From Sphyrna mokarran (taxonomy: Eukaryota): DNA of 64,000 bases. Below are positions 1-12,669 of this stretch, piece after piece. The position numbers and the translations under genes were made by a program. The number at the start of each line of letters is the position of its first letter. Positions within the stretch are counted from its first letter, which is position 1. The DNA lies in the NCBI GenBank assembly GCA_024679065.1, contig JAGIQG010000003.1:46624001-46688000 (forward strand), given 5' to 3'. A model generated the notes under the pieces. That model was not told the DNA's origin. It did no database searches and saw only the letters and a list, made by a program, of their open reading frames with translations.

Positions 1-413
1 TCCAACTATCATTTTCTATGTGCCCCGTACCATCTCTCTAATTATATATTGTAACATTTCCCTCAAACTAATGCCAAGGTAACTAATTGAAAGTTCCCTT
101 TATGCTCTCTCCCGCTATATCCCTTTTTCAAAGAATGGGGATACATTTTCTATCCTCAACTCCATGCATACTATTCCAGAATATTGGGAACGGAAGAAGA
201 TCAAAACTTATTATCTCTGTAACCTTCACTGTTAAAACCATAGGATGTAGGCCCCCATTTATAAGAGGCCTGATGGCTTTTAGTTTCATTATCTTCTTCA
301 GTAATTTTTTTCTTTATATTAATTACTTTAACTTCCTTATTCTCATCAAAAGCTTGGTTCCTCATTGTTTCCAGTATTCTTTTTTGTGCCTTCTATAATG
401 AAAAGATTTTATT

Positions 414-695
414 CATAAAATCCTACAATGCAGAAGGAAGCCATTTGGCCCATTGAATCTGCACAATTCCACCCAGGTCCTATCCCCACAACCCCATGTA
501 TTTACCCTGACACTAAGGAAAAATTTATTATGGCTAATCAAACTAACCTGCACTTTAGATTATGGGAGGAAGCCAGAGCACCTGGAGGAAACTCATACAG
601 ATATGGGGAGAACGTGCAAGTTCCACATAGTGAGAATCAAACCCAGGTCCCTAGCATTGTGAGGCAGCAGTGCTAAGCACTATACCACCGTGCTG
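414..695 (-). mobile_element. tRNA-derived V-SINE (HE1-like) with CR1-type tail
   Basis: The minus strand has a tRNA-like head (GGTGGTATAGTG..AGCACTGCTGCCTCAC..GGGTTTGATTC), a V-like core (GTTTCCTCCAGGTGCTCTGGCTTCCTCCC) and a CR1-like tail (GGGCCAAATGGCTTCCTTCTGCATTGTAGG). Confidence 0.8.
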
Positions 696-1439
696 GTGTG
701 ATTTGCAAAGGGAGGAAATTTAGGGGCAATTCCTAAGCAGGATAGCAAACCAGGAAAGTTAAACATAAGTCATGTAGCAGGCTACAAGTCTCCAGCCACC
801 GAATTGCCAGTGCCATCAGCTCCATGTCAGAAATTGGTATAGAGCTGCATAAATTATTTAAATGGTGATTTAAATATAATTAGCGGGCCTGGGACTGAGG
901 TCTCAAGGCCTGCTAGAGTCTCCCGCACCAGAAGTTTACGACAGCTCCAACTTACGGAGAGCTGGCAGCCTGACTCACTGGAGTGATGGGGGGGCCATCG
1001 TGACCCTGAAGAGGGTGGGATAAGTGGGGGGGGGGTGTTCCTCCTGAGCATTGCCAACCTGGCACATGCCACTGTCAGGGGCACCTTGGCACTGCCACCA
1101 GGCATCAGGAAGTGCCAAGAGGGATGGGACTGGAACGAGGGCAGGGGTTATAGGGCCGGGGCCTCTGGTGGGAGATCAGAGGAGATGGAGGGGTTCTGCT
1201 GCCATTCAGCAGTGACAGAGGGAGGGAGCCAGTGTTGGAGGATGTCGGCTAGCCATCTGGGTTGTGAGGGAGAAGGTTGGAAGTGTGGGGAGGGGTGCTC
1301 GGGGTTACCAATGGGGATTGGGAGATTGGTGCTGCAGGGAGAGGAGTCGGGGCTAGCCCTGACATATCCAGGGGGATCAGCATTGATGCATGAGGGGATT
1401 GCATGCTCAGTGATGCGAGGACATAGGGCTGGCCAGTGA

Positions 1440-1710
1440 ACGGAGACCGGCAGTGGGGGACTACTGTGTATGTGTCAATCTCCGCTATGACCAACTGGTG
1501 CATGCGCAGTGGTCTGCTAGAGCTATGCTGTCAGCCTCTCCAGTGGGAATCGGCCACACCCACGGATTTTCAATGGGATTCACGCTCGTAAACTCCGCAG
1601 TGCACAGAGTATGGGAAATTCAGTGCGAAACTCCTGCTGAAATTAACAGTGGGATTTACTCCAGTTCTCAAGTGAATTTGAATTGGAATTTTTCTGGGAG
1701 AATCCCACCT
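1440..1710. repeat. End of a non-autonomous DNA-transposon-like repeat (copy 1)
   Basis: Colinear similarity with 3030-3203 (gattcac..., gggaaattca/gggagattca, gatttac(t/a)ccag, tgggagaat). The GC-rich interior upstream generates spurious ORFs. Confidence 0.5.
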
Positions 1711-2504
1711 TTTAACTTCTCACCAATTTCAAACCAACCAACCTTTTGGAGTTAAAGTGTTTAAAATCTGCATGATGAACCCAACCCATCCAATTATATT
1801 TTAAACAGAGACATGATTGGAGTGGGTAGCTAACTCACTTTAAATATGTCATATATCCTCAAGGTAAGTGCCAGGAGGGATGCCTCCTGAATTCTGCATA
1901 CCAGCCTGACCAAACACTCATGAATGGACAGTCCTTCTCTTCTGATCTTCAACGTTCCATATGTTACTGGGACCCTCCACTCTGAGTGCATCAGAAGATA
2001 AAATTCCCCCAAAATGTTCCCCCCATTATAATTTCCTTGTCACTGTCACTGAAGGATCCAGAATTAATTTTTCTAACTTCTTCCCTTCCTATCTGTGACC
2101 ATAATGCAATGGGGTTTTACATTGTGATTGACAATCAGATAGTTCAAGGGGAAGTTCATAAGATATAGAATCAACATTAAGCCATTTGCCCTATCAAGTC
2201 TGCTCCACCATTCGATCGTGGCTGAAATGCTTTTCATTCCGATTTTCCTGACTTCTCCCCATAACCCTTCAACCAAGGTGTTAAATTTGAACAAAGAAAA
2301 TTATGAAGTTATGAGAGGCAAATTGACTCAGCTGAATGGGAAAATACATTTAAAAATATGACTATACATGTGCAATGGACAGTCTCTAAAGAATTCTAAT
2401 AGCAATTATACATTCCTTTCAAAAACAAAATATCTCAGAAAGAAAAATCAGTGAATCATGGCTGACAAAGAACATTAATAATAGAAAACCCTATAGATTG
2501 ATAT

Positions 2505-2591
2505 GGTGGCACAGTGATTAGTACTACTGCCTCAGAGCATCAAGGATCCGGGTTCAATTCCCAGTTTGGGTCCCGTCTGTGTGGAGTCTGC
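2505..2591 (+). mobile_element. V-SINE 5' tRNA head fragment
   Basis: GGTGGCACAGTGATTAG (A box) ... GGTTCAATTCC (B box), the same head as the other SINE copies. Confidence 0.75.
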
Positions 2592-3029
2592 GAGCACTCT
2601 GCAATAGGATTGGTTGGAGCTGGAGAGAGGCCACTGATCAGAGTGGGCTGGGGGGGTGGTCTGCTGGGGGGGGTTGTCTCCCGTGGGAGTATGTCTGCCT
2701 CCTGGGTGAGGGGTGCGTGCGGGGGAGGGGCAGGGGTGGAGGCGGGGGGGTGGATCGTGGGGTGCTTCATCACTGCTGGTGGTGGAAGCTGGAAATCGGA
2801 GCGCTCCAGGATGGAAGTGGGGGGGTGGGGGAGGATCGGACCCAGGAATGTGTGTGGGTGTCACAATCAGGCCATGAGGTGGCTGAAGGTGGCAGCACTG
2901 CAAGGTCTCATGTTAGCCAGTGATTGTGCTGGCCAGTGTATGAGAGATGGACAGACTGGGACCACTGTGTGTGCACAGAGTTCTGGAACTATCAGACTCT
3001 GGCGTAAACAAGTCACACCGCACCGCTCC

Positions 3030-3203
3030 CCCCCCCCACACCCTCTCCACTGCCCACAAGTTTTTAATGAGATTCACCATTGTGACCTCTGAATTGAACA
3101 GTGTGGGAGATTCAAGTCTGAAGTTGCAATGAAAAAACAATCGTGATTTACACCAGATTCCCCATCCATTCAGCTCTAAGATTTTTGTGGGAGAATTGGG
3201 CCC
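3030..3203. repeat. End of a non-autonomous DNA-transposon-like repeat (copy 2)
   Basis: Similar to ~1540-1710 and ends in tgggagaattgggccc. Confidence 0.5.
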
Positions 3204-3234
3204 ACAATTTCAGAAAGCCACTTTGGACCAAAAC

Positions 3235-3460
3235 ATGGGTTTACTCAGAGGATTGTGAATCTATGGAATTTCCCACCCCTCAAGGGCTATGGAAGCTCAG
3301 TCATTGAGTTTAAAGCAGAGATTGACAGATTATTAAATGCTAATGATGTAAAGGGATATGAGGATAGTGTGAGAAAAAAGCATTGAAGCAGCTGATCAAC
3401 CATGATCATATTGATGAATTCAATGGGCTGTACAGCCGACTCCTGTCCTATGTTCCTATT
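3235..3460 (+). mobile_element. CR1 LINE 3' end fragment
   Basis: ttactcagagg..gtgaatctatggaat..tttaaagcagagattgacagat..ctcctgtcctatgttcctat, similar to the 3' end of the CR1 at 57030-57250. Confidence 0.75.
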
Positions 3461-3879
3461 TATCTATAGAAACTGTTTTATATATATTGCCAAATTATTC
3501 TATATTTCTTGATTATATTTTACTGATTTCTGCAACCCACAAACTCTTCAAGCTCACCACTCTTTTTGACATTACACGGCTCTACCTTTAATCTAATGTT
3601 ATCCTTAATTTCTCCAGTTAATCACAGTTGGAATATTTTTCTATGAAGTTTCCTCAGGGAATGTAGGTTTGTTATGAATTATGAATTATTTCTTTAATTG
3701 TTCTCTACAGCTTATCTACCAGTAGGTCTTTTAATCTAATTTCCCAGTCCACCCCAGCCAACCTGCCATTCATACTTACATAATTAGTTTTGTTTAAATG
3801 TAGGACTCTAGATTCGGCATAACCGCATCACTCTCACACTCCGTATGAAATTCTACCACATTAATTACCATGTAAAAGC

Positions 3880-4870
3880 TGATTAACAAAACTGAGCCTC
3901 ATGGTATCAACTTGGATTTTTAAAAAAACTTTAAAAAGTGAGTCTTGGTAAATGATTGTATAAAGGACAGTGCTGTTCTCCAAAGTTCAGTGCTAGGACC
4001 TACTGCGTTTTGTGATATTGGAATACTGGGTAAAATGTCAAAATTTAGCAGTGATAGCAAACTTGAGGGTAAGGCCAATCGAGAAGATATCAATCTGCTT
4101 CAATAGGACATAAATAAGCAAGTGCACAAGATGGCAGATGGAATTTCATATAATAGGATGATGCAATTTGGCAGAAGGCAATATGGACTAAATGGCACAG
4201 TTCTAAGAATGTACAGGGATAGAGGGACCTGGGGATGCATATGCATGGTCATTAAAGACAGCAGGACATACAGAGGGAGTAATTAGCAAAACTCATACGA
4301 TCTTGGGCTTCATAAAAGTATTGAATACAAAAACAGAGAAGTTATGTTGAAGCTGTATGAATCTCTAGTTAGGCCACAATTGGTGTTTAGGGTCCTGTTC
4401 TGGTCATCACAATTTAGGAAGATCCTTCAGAGGGCTCAGAGGAGGACTTACTAGAATGGTTCCGGGATGAGGGATTTTAGCTACAAGGTTAGATTAGAGA
4501 AGCTGGGGTTAGTCTTCTTGGAATAAAGGAAAGTGAGTGGAGATATGAAAGAGGTGTACAAGATAATGACAGATTTAGATAAGATAGACAAAAAGAAGTT
4601 GTTCCCATTAGTCAATGGATTAGAGGAAACAGACTTAAGGTTTTAGGCAAGAGATATGTTGAAGAACTTTATTCTTGCCTTAATTGGTAATGGCCTGGAA
4701 ATCACTACCCCGAAGTGGTGCAAGAAAAGATGATCAATAATTTTAAAGGAGATTGGATAGGCATTTGAGGAAAATAAATCTATAGGGATAGAGCAGTGGA
4801 TTGGTCTATATAGAAACAATATGAGTTCAGTGGGTTGAATGGACTCCTTCTATGCCATAATGATTCCTTC
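3880..4870 (+). mobile_element. Decayed CR1 LINE, RT C-terminus and 3' end
   Basis: Colinear with CR1 ORF2 at 56150-57250 (tcagtgctaggacc, atggcagatggaattt, ctgtatgaatctctagttaggccaca), with many stops and frameshifts. Confidence 0.75.
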
Positions 4871-6084
4871 ACTGTATGATCATTATTCCCTAGAATATTC
4901 TTTTATTATGGATTCACCAATTAACATATCTCATTCATAAAACTAGAACTAAAACAATCTGTTGCCCTCGACATATTATTCTAGAAATCAGTCTTGAATG
5001 CGTCTTATGAAATTGTTTACCAAACTATTTATGTCAATTTGTGTTGCCTGATCTTTATGAAGACTAAAGTCTGCCATAATTATTCATACAGAGTTATAAA
5101 CTTAACAGTGGTATTCAGCAGGGTAATAACCAAATGTGTATTTGTGGTTCCCTTACATAGAGGAGATTGCACAATGAACAATGAATACAGTATAATAAAT
5201 TGGGAAAAGTGAAAGTAAATTACTGTTTCACTTGAAAAAAAGCATGTAGGAATCTGGATGCTGGGAAGGCGACAGGTGGTTTGGTGAGTGTTGCTGTATT
5301 TCCAGCATTTCCTGGTTTTATTTCAGGTCAGCAGCAGCTGCAGTATTTTACTTTGTTTTGTATGAGTTAGAAGAGGGGAAATGCAATGGATAGCTAGCAG
5401 GAGATTTAAGATAAGAAGATTAAATGTCAGATTAAGCTGAAGCAATGAGCCCGTATTTTCACACTGGTTATGTATTAGGATGAATAGTAAGTCAGTACAT
5501 GATCCTGGCAGGGTTTCTCATGATAATACATGAGATTTAATACTTGGTAGAATACCACAAGAAAGTAATTTTCAGTTGGTAGGTACCGCAAATATAAAAG
5601 TGGCATTAATCTATTACAAGACCATAGTTGAGAATGGGATACATATTGTTGTGAAAAAAAGCTTTTGCCTGAAATTCCTCTTCTGTGTGAAAAGTGCGAT
5701 GACTTTTAAACAGTATAAAGAATTCTTGACAAAGAGTTGGTCATGTCGTGTGAGGAGCTGCTGCAGTTTCAGCAGTGGTTTATGATTGAATATCTAATGC
5801 AATCTGGGGTCTATTATGTCCCACTTCCCTCTTATGTACTATCTGCATCACCCAATAATCCCCACAAAAAATTTGTCACTCTATTATTGATCTTCATTTG
5901 TGACCATTAGCATAGGGATGGAATGAATATGACCCATAATGCAAAATGAGTGAGTAGTCTTGACCCATCTACACAATAAATAATTAATTTTCTTTTAATT
6001 TTAATTCAAAAATATGGAGAACAGAATTGAGTATTCCCATGGAGACAGGCTGGGAGGCAGAGTGATCCACAGAATCGAGTTGCC

Positions 6085-6375
6085 CTTCTTCAGAGGCAGT
6101 TGAGAATCAAGCACATTGTTGTGGCTTTGGAGTCACATGTAGGCCAAACCAGTTAAGAAGGGCAGTTTTCCTTCCCTAAAGGGCATTAGTGAACCAGATG
6201 GGTTTTTTCAACAATCGAGAATGGTTTTATGGTCATTAGTAGATTCTTAATTCCACATAATTGTTGTTGAATTCAAATTCCACCAACTGCCATGTGGAAT
6301 TTGAACCCAGGTCCCCAGAACTGAGTTTCTGGATTAATAGTCTAACGATAATACCACTAGGTCATCACCTCTCCT
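6085..6375 (-). mobile_element. tRNA-derived shark SINE (second family)
   Basis: Minus-strand head GGAGAGGTGATGACCTAGTGGTATTATC...GGGGACCTGGGTTCAAATTCC (A/B boxes), followed by the core AACCCATCTGGTTCACTAATGCCCTTTAGGGAAGG. Confidence 0.7.
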
Positions 6376-6539
6376 TCTTAGTTTAGCATAATCTGTTTCT
6401 GAAGACAAAATAGAAACAGTAATGGTTACTTACAGCACTTTGCTCACTCTTCTATCTAACATTGACCTGATTATTCTAACAGATATTTGTGGTTTTCTAT
6501 CCTTCAGCCAATTTTGCATTCATTCCCAGGATTTATCAT

Positions 6540-7130
6540 GTCTTTTTAGCAATGTGAGATAACTAAACTATCATGTGGAGCTTTGTCAAATGCCTTACAG
6601 AAAGGCAGACAAATTATACTGTCAGATTTCCCAGCTGGATGTCACTTTCTCAGAAGTCAAGGAGATTGATCATACAGGATCTATTCCTCTAATGCCTTGC
6701 AGTTGCTGCTTACTAGATCATTGTTGTACAGTTAAATCTTAAATTTACGACTAGGGAACAATTCTAAAACTTTACATGGAATTTAAGAAAGACAAATTGA
6801 TTTGTGGTTGCCAATGCAAGTTTAGTCACCTTGGTTGTATTTGAGTACCACCTTAGCCTGTTTCCAATCTAATATTTCCCCAGTGTCTAGCAATCCTCTC
6901 ATAATCATTAGTAATGTTCCTGTCTTATTTCTTTCAACACTGGAATAAATATCATCTGTCCCTAGGAATTTGTTTTGAGCCCTTTTAGCTGACAAGAGCT
7001 TCCATTTAACTGATATCAAGGTTATTCATTTTGCTTTGGATATCACTTATTCAGTGTTATTCAGATCTTCCCTAGTGAATACTCGGAGGAAGGAATCATT
7101 CAGAATATGAGCTAATTTGTGCTCACTCTT
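6540..7130 (-). mobile_element. Old CR1-like RT fragment
   Basis: Minus-strand remnants of CR1 ORF2 motifs (LNDSFLRVFTRED; LDTGEILDWKQAKV; a KAFDK-like aaggcatttgacaaagc). Confidence 0.6.
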
Positions 7131-9439
7131 CATTTTTGCTCCTGGTAATTTTATGTTTTCAACTTGGTCAAGAGTTTCAGTTGTCTGTGGGGGCAAAGCA
7201 GGTGGCCTTTGAAAATAACACTGTGGGATGGCATTTCTGACACTTCCATGACATGCTTGAATTTTTAAAGAGAGGACCAGAGATGAGAGAGCCAACGAGA
7301 CGCACGCTTGTAATTAACTTGGTATTTAGCTCATTGAAGAACTTGTTGACAGACTGGAAAAGGACAGAATCAAACTTTCAAAGTTAACAAGCGGAAGAAG
7401 GAATGATCTGGGACATGCTAGCGCACAGCTGTCAGGAACAAAATGGGTAACCATCATTCATTATAGCCGCAGATGAAATATCTTGCATTAGAAAGGAATA
7501 GTCGAACTGAGGTGATCATGCTGTGCTACAAAGAACTGGATTTCAAGGGGTGGTGGTAATGGGTGGGATTGGAAATAGACTGCTTTCTCTTCTAGAAGGA
7601 AATTCAGTCCTTTTAAAAATTTTCCCCACAGTGACAACATGCTGGGCGCACACTAAACAGGCTGAGAGTCAGACTTTTGCCCATTAGTGGACAGGAAGTC
7701 TCACCCTGATAGCTGCTGGGTGAGCAGGAGCTGTCAGCAGGGCCAGAACTCAAGAGTGGATATTGCTAGGACTGAAAGGAGGCCCTTTGAGATAAAGATC
7801 CTGGCAACCAGAGATTGGCAAATCCCTGGTTTCTATGTGGGCAAGGATTAGAAAACATAGGACAAGAGGAGAGGAGGTTGGAGGAGAAGCATGGAGGAAG
7901 AAGTGGGTGGCATGTTGGGTGGGGGTGCTGCCACTGATGCATTCCTCAATTAATGAGCTCTTGCTTTTTTTCCCACCTTTTTGAAGAAGCCTCTTCAAAA
8001 GCAGCTGCTGCAGAGTGGCCCACTTGCCATTGCCCAACATTTTATGGAGAGGCAGATTGAAGTCCTCAATTGCCATTTGATTGGGCATCTAACAGCTTCA
8101 ATACGCCTAAGAAAGGGTGCCTAGTGGGCATCATACCCTGCTCCCAAATTATGAAAACCAGATTGGAGATGGGCAGGAAGGAGATGAGCATGTTTTATGA
8201 GGCATACTTGCTAAAAACAAATATGATGCCCAACATCACTTGAGCAGAGACTTGACTACCTGATGAGTGAGTTGGCACTTAAGTAGACCATGAGGCTGCC
8301 AGCCCTCTGTGCTCACCTGTTCCATTCCTCTAGGTAGCAGCAAGCTCAGGAATGATGACCCTTTGCCTTTTAAATTCACCCTCCAGAACTAAGTCCCACC
8401 TCTTTCCTGTACCTGTTGCCTCTAATTTGGGTACCAAATAGGCCTCCATACAAATTAGAATCTTCTTCTTTGAAAATCACATCACATGACTGATGCTGAC
8501 TGGGTCCAGGATTGGGACAAGGAAATTGACCCAATGCTGAGTAGTGCAAATTCTGACCCTCCTCTCCGACTGTCCTCCTGTTAAGACACCACTGAAATGT
8601 TGCCGTTATTTTGTTTGTCTTTCTGTTTTTTTATTATTCTCTTGATCTTTCTTTGCTCGTTAGATTAACATTTTACTGAGGCTGATATTATTTTGCTATT
8701 GTAATTGATTGGACAGCAGGCTTTGCACAGGAAAAGCACAAACCACTTTGATGATCACTTCTCACGAATTTAATACCAACAACCTGAGAGCGTCAAATGA
8801 CTTCTCCAAGTGAACACCCTTGCCAGGAAATGTGAGAAGTCAACAATCTTCTGTACTAACAATGCAGATATTGAGAGAGGAGTGTGGGGCTATGCAAATA
8901 CTAGCCACAAAACCCTAGAGGAGTCAGCTTTCTTACCCTAAAAATAAGAGATAAAAGTAAATGGTCTGTTTACGGATTGGCTTTTGCTAGTCCCTGTAAG
9001 CATTGCTGGGAAGGCCAATTGATGCCAGGGGCCAATGAGCAAGGCACACATCGTGAATCTTACACCCAGTTCAGATAGAAGTTGAAGATTAGTCTCCTTG
9101 TTTCCTTCAGCATTGTTGTACCTGTGCCTATAGGTTGCTGTTTTGTGTTGTGATTCCTTACCTAGTGTCACAAATTTTCTTCCCATTCTTGTTTCTTTTA
9201 CCAACCTTAGTCTGTCCATTATTTCCAAAGCTTTGGCTTTTTTCAGTGCTTGGCTCCATATTTTGATTGACTTGTCTCTGGTTGTGTTGAGTTCCAGTTC
9301 AAATAATAATTGTCTGATCAATCTAACATTAGCTGATAATGTTTGACTTCACTCTGGATGTCTCACTTTGTTGTCTGATCCTCACCAGTGTTCCTTTTCA
9401 CTCCTGCTTTCCTTCACTGGTCTTCTTTAACATTAAATG

Positions 9440-9760
9440 CAACAACAACTAAAAGAATAATGTCCCAAGGGGCTTCATAGGAGCAATTTCAAATGAGGTT
9501 TGACATATAAGGAGAGCTTAGGGAAAATAACCAAGAGCATGGTCAAAGGGGAATGCTTTAGTTAGTATCTCAAAGGAGAAAAGAAAGATAGAAAGATGGC
9601 GAGGTTAAGGGTGAGAATTCCAGAATGTAGGACCTAGCAGCTGAAAGCCCAGGAACCAATGAGTGCAGAAGGGATATGAACTAGAGGAGCATGGATATCT
9701 TGGAGGATTGTAGATTTGGAGATAATTACAGAGATAGCCATAGTGAGTCAATAGAAGAAA
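9440..9760 (-). mobile_element. L2-clade LINE 3' fragment
   Basis: Resembles the common chondrichthyan L2 3' region (gtcccaaggggcttcatagg...ggtcaaagg...gaattccaga...gcagctgaa). Recognised by pattern only. Confidence 0.5.
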
Positions 9761-10178
9761 TGATCTTCAATTCTCCACTGGGTGCACTGTAGTGATTTTA
9801 ACAAACCATAATCTCCATTGCAATCATGATTTGATGAAAATCTCAAACTCTGCACTATTAGTCCCAGTGTGAAATCTCTGTGAAAAAGTTACTCGTTGTT
9901 GAATGAGATGCAGTATAATCGAGTTTTTAATGGCATACTACCTTCATAATCATTGCTGAACACACTCACTGAAAGCGAAAAACAATTTTATATTTATAGA
10001 GTTTTGAATTTATCCATAAGCATTAGAAAAAATTCCACCTAATTTTAAGAGCAATTTAAAATAAAAAGTGAATTTCCTGTCTTTACTTTAGCTTCTATTC
10101 TAATCTGATTGTGATCTTTTATCTCACCATCTGAAGATTTAAATTAAATGTGATGGAATTCCACGCTTTTTGATTCCT

Positions 10179-10463
10179 TGATGTGGTGATGCCAGTATTG
10201 GATTGGGGTAGACACAGTAAGAAGTCTCACAATAGCAGGTTAAAATCCAACATGTTTAATTTGGTAGCACGAGCTTTCAGAGCACTGCTTCTTCATCAAG
10301 TGAGTGGAGAGTTGGGTTCACAAATATGGCATACATAGACACAAACTCAATTGCAAGATAATGGTTGGAATGTGAGTCTTAACAGGTAATCAAGTATTTG
10401 CAGGTATGGACAATGTGAGTGGAGAGAGGGATAATGACAGGTTAAAGAGATGTGAATTGTCTC
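10179..10463 (-). mobile_element. Penelope-like element terminal repeat fragment
   Basis: tgatgtggtgatgccag...cacaatagcaggttaaaatccaacatgttt...gagctttcag. Same family as 58811-59020 and contains a hammerhead-like core. Confidence 0.65.
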
Positions 10464-10773
10464 CTGTTCACACTTTTTAACTTGTAGTATGCCAAGACAT
10501 GCCCTTGGTCTGGCATCAGATTTAATTTGCCATCAGCAAAGTAGAAAACCCACCACAGAGATTGTTAGAACTGACTGCAAAATATAGGCCTCTATGTTTG
10601 CAAGCTATTTTATATCAACACTTCTATATACCTTGTTTGTTAGCAAATATAACATAGCCCATATAACAGCAATACCTGATTGGATGTGTCCTTAAGTAGT
10701 TATAACCATATTTCTACTGCAATGGGTACAAATTAAATAGGCTCTCTCATGTTGTTCTATTTTTCTACATTTT

Positions 10774-10997
10774 TAAAGTCGTTGTTCTCTTCTCCAGAGA
10801 ACAAGAATTTATAAGAGTCCAGTGATGTTAAGGGGGAAATGTTTTTTAAAGTTAATGGTGTATTTAGTTTTGATACTATTGCATTTTACGATACTTCTAA
10901 AGTCATCGTGCTCTTCCTGAGAGAACAAGAATTTTTAAAAGTCCCGTGAAGTTAAAGGAGAATTGTTTAAAGTTCATACTGTATTTACTTTTAATAA
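10774..10997. repeat. Diverged direct tandem duplication, period 124 bp
   Basis: taaagtcgttgttctcttctccagagaacaagaatttataagagtcc (10774) versus taaagtcatcgtgctcttcctgagagaacaagaatttttaaaagtcc (10898). Confidence 0.85.
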
Positions 10998-11140
10998 CTT
11001 CTGCCAAAATTTCCAGTGCATAAACAGGACTCCCCAGACTGTGGATCGAGGCCTCCAGTGGCAAGGCAGGGGATGGGGGAGGGGGGCAACGGTGGTGGCA
11101 GCTGTCCGAGACAACCCAGCGATCAATTGCAAGGCCCCTT

Positions 11141-11760
11141 ATTTTTTTATTCGTCCATGGGCCATGGGCTGGCCAACATTTATTGCCCATCCCTAGTTGC
11201 CCTTGAGAAGGTGGTGATGAGCTGCCTTCTTGAATCACTGCAGTCTATATGCTGTGATTTGATCCACAATGCTTTAGTGAGAGAATTCCAGGATTTTGAC
11301 CCAGCGATTGTGATGGAATGGCAATATATTTCCAAGTCAGGACAGTGAGTGGCTGGAAGGGAACTTGCAGGTGTTGGTGTTCCCATGTATCCTTTGATAT
11401 GAAAATGGTCGTGGGTTTGGAAGGTGTTGTCTAAGAATCTTTGGCGAATTGCTGAAGTGCATCTTGTAGATAGTATGCACTGCTGCCACTAAGCGTTGGT
11501 GGTGGAGGGAGTGGATGTGGTGCCAATCAAGTGGGCTGTTTTGTCCTGGATGGTGTCAAGCTTCTTGAGTGTTGTTGGAGCTGCACCCATCCAGGTAAGT
11601 GGCACATATTCCATTACTCCTGACTTGTGTCTTGTAGATGATGGACAGGCTTTGGGGAGTCAGGAAATGAGTTTTTAACCGCTGACCTGCTCCTGTGGCC
11701 ACTATGTTTATGTGGCAAGTCCAGTCGAGTTTTTAGTCAATGATGAACCAAGATATTGAC
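11141..11760 (-). mobile_element. Non-LTR retrotransposon 3' fragment (CR1/L2-related shark family)
   Basis: The minus strand ends ...gggcaactagggatgggcaataaatgttggccagcc...aataaaaaaaa. Upstream it encodes an RT-C-terminal-like WMGAAPTTLKKLDTIQDKTA. Confidence 0.7.
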
Positions 11761-12669
11761 AACGTGCATAATTCTATTTTTTAACCTGTGAATGTCGCCT
11801 AAACGAATGAGCTCTGACGTACAATCACTGACACTAACAGATCCTCAGTTGCACCTGTAACCCTGCTGTCTGAATTCTAATCCCACTCAACACTTCTTCT
11901 CCTGCATCCTCTGCCCCTGCAACTTTCATGCTGGGGTGGCACTAAGTGTGAACATTAAAATGAGGTCACAACTGAAAAAAGTTTGAAGGCATAAAATGAT
12001 GCATAGTCCTTTCCTTGGCAATGCATTTAATCCCAGATCATCCTTATCAACCCAAAGGTTAACTACATCTCCATCCCATTTCATTCCTAAGATAGTATCC
12101 AGATTTTGATGTAAGCAATGAAGGAATGGCTTGCCGTTCATCTTGTGTATTGTTGTTCAAAGACAACAGCAGGCTTGCAGGTCTCCAGTCACCTGGCCAC
12201 TTATAGGGTTATAACTCCCTGCAAAGAGAACAGCACCCAGGCAGAACATTAGCAGATCAATCATTGAGTATTTTAACTGCCTACCCACCTGGTTTCTTGC
12301 AGGTAGGGTTAAAATACCAGTTTATATTTAAGACTAGATGCACTCTGGTGGATTTTGATACCCGCATTCAGATCAGTTCACACACACACACACAGGAACA
12401 GAACTTGAAAGCCTCCTGGTCTGTTTGCTCAGTTCAACAGTATGTCATGAACTTACCTGACGAGTCTTTGGAGAAGTCCAATTTCCTATTTGACCTTGAA
12501 GTGCTGCAACCACCTTTATATTCCTGAAAGCACACCCTTCCCTTCCCCCTGCTTAAAAGCGCACCAAAAGTCAATGAGACCTCCATTCATTGCTGAGCAT
12601 AAAACCAGCACCAATATTATTTGACATCCATTGTGCTAACATTGTATAATAAATTGGACTCATATTCTG

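Noticed and set aside
854-3140. Overlapping GC-rich ORFs (up to 192 aa) on both strands
   Set aside because: They lie in G-rich repeat interiors and a SINE head, are low-complexity, and show no domain or splice structure.
8325-8343. CTCF-like motif TTCCTCTAGGTAGCAGCAA, possibly related to the EPHA4-PAX3 boundary
   Set aside because: There is a mismatch at a core G and no cluster of good sites in the window. A PWM scan and ChIP data would be needed.
8938-9321. 127-aa minus-strand ORF
   Set aside because: It has only a weak gag-like flavour (LKKAKALE), with no LTRs or clear motif, and cannot be supported as a gene or element.
12379-12394. (CA)8 microsatellite
   Set aside because: Ordinary short repeat with no evident significance.
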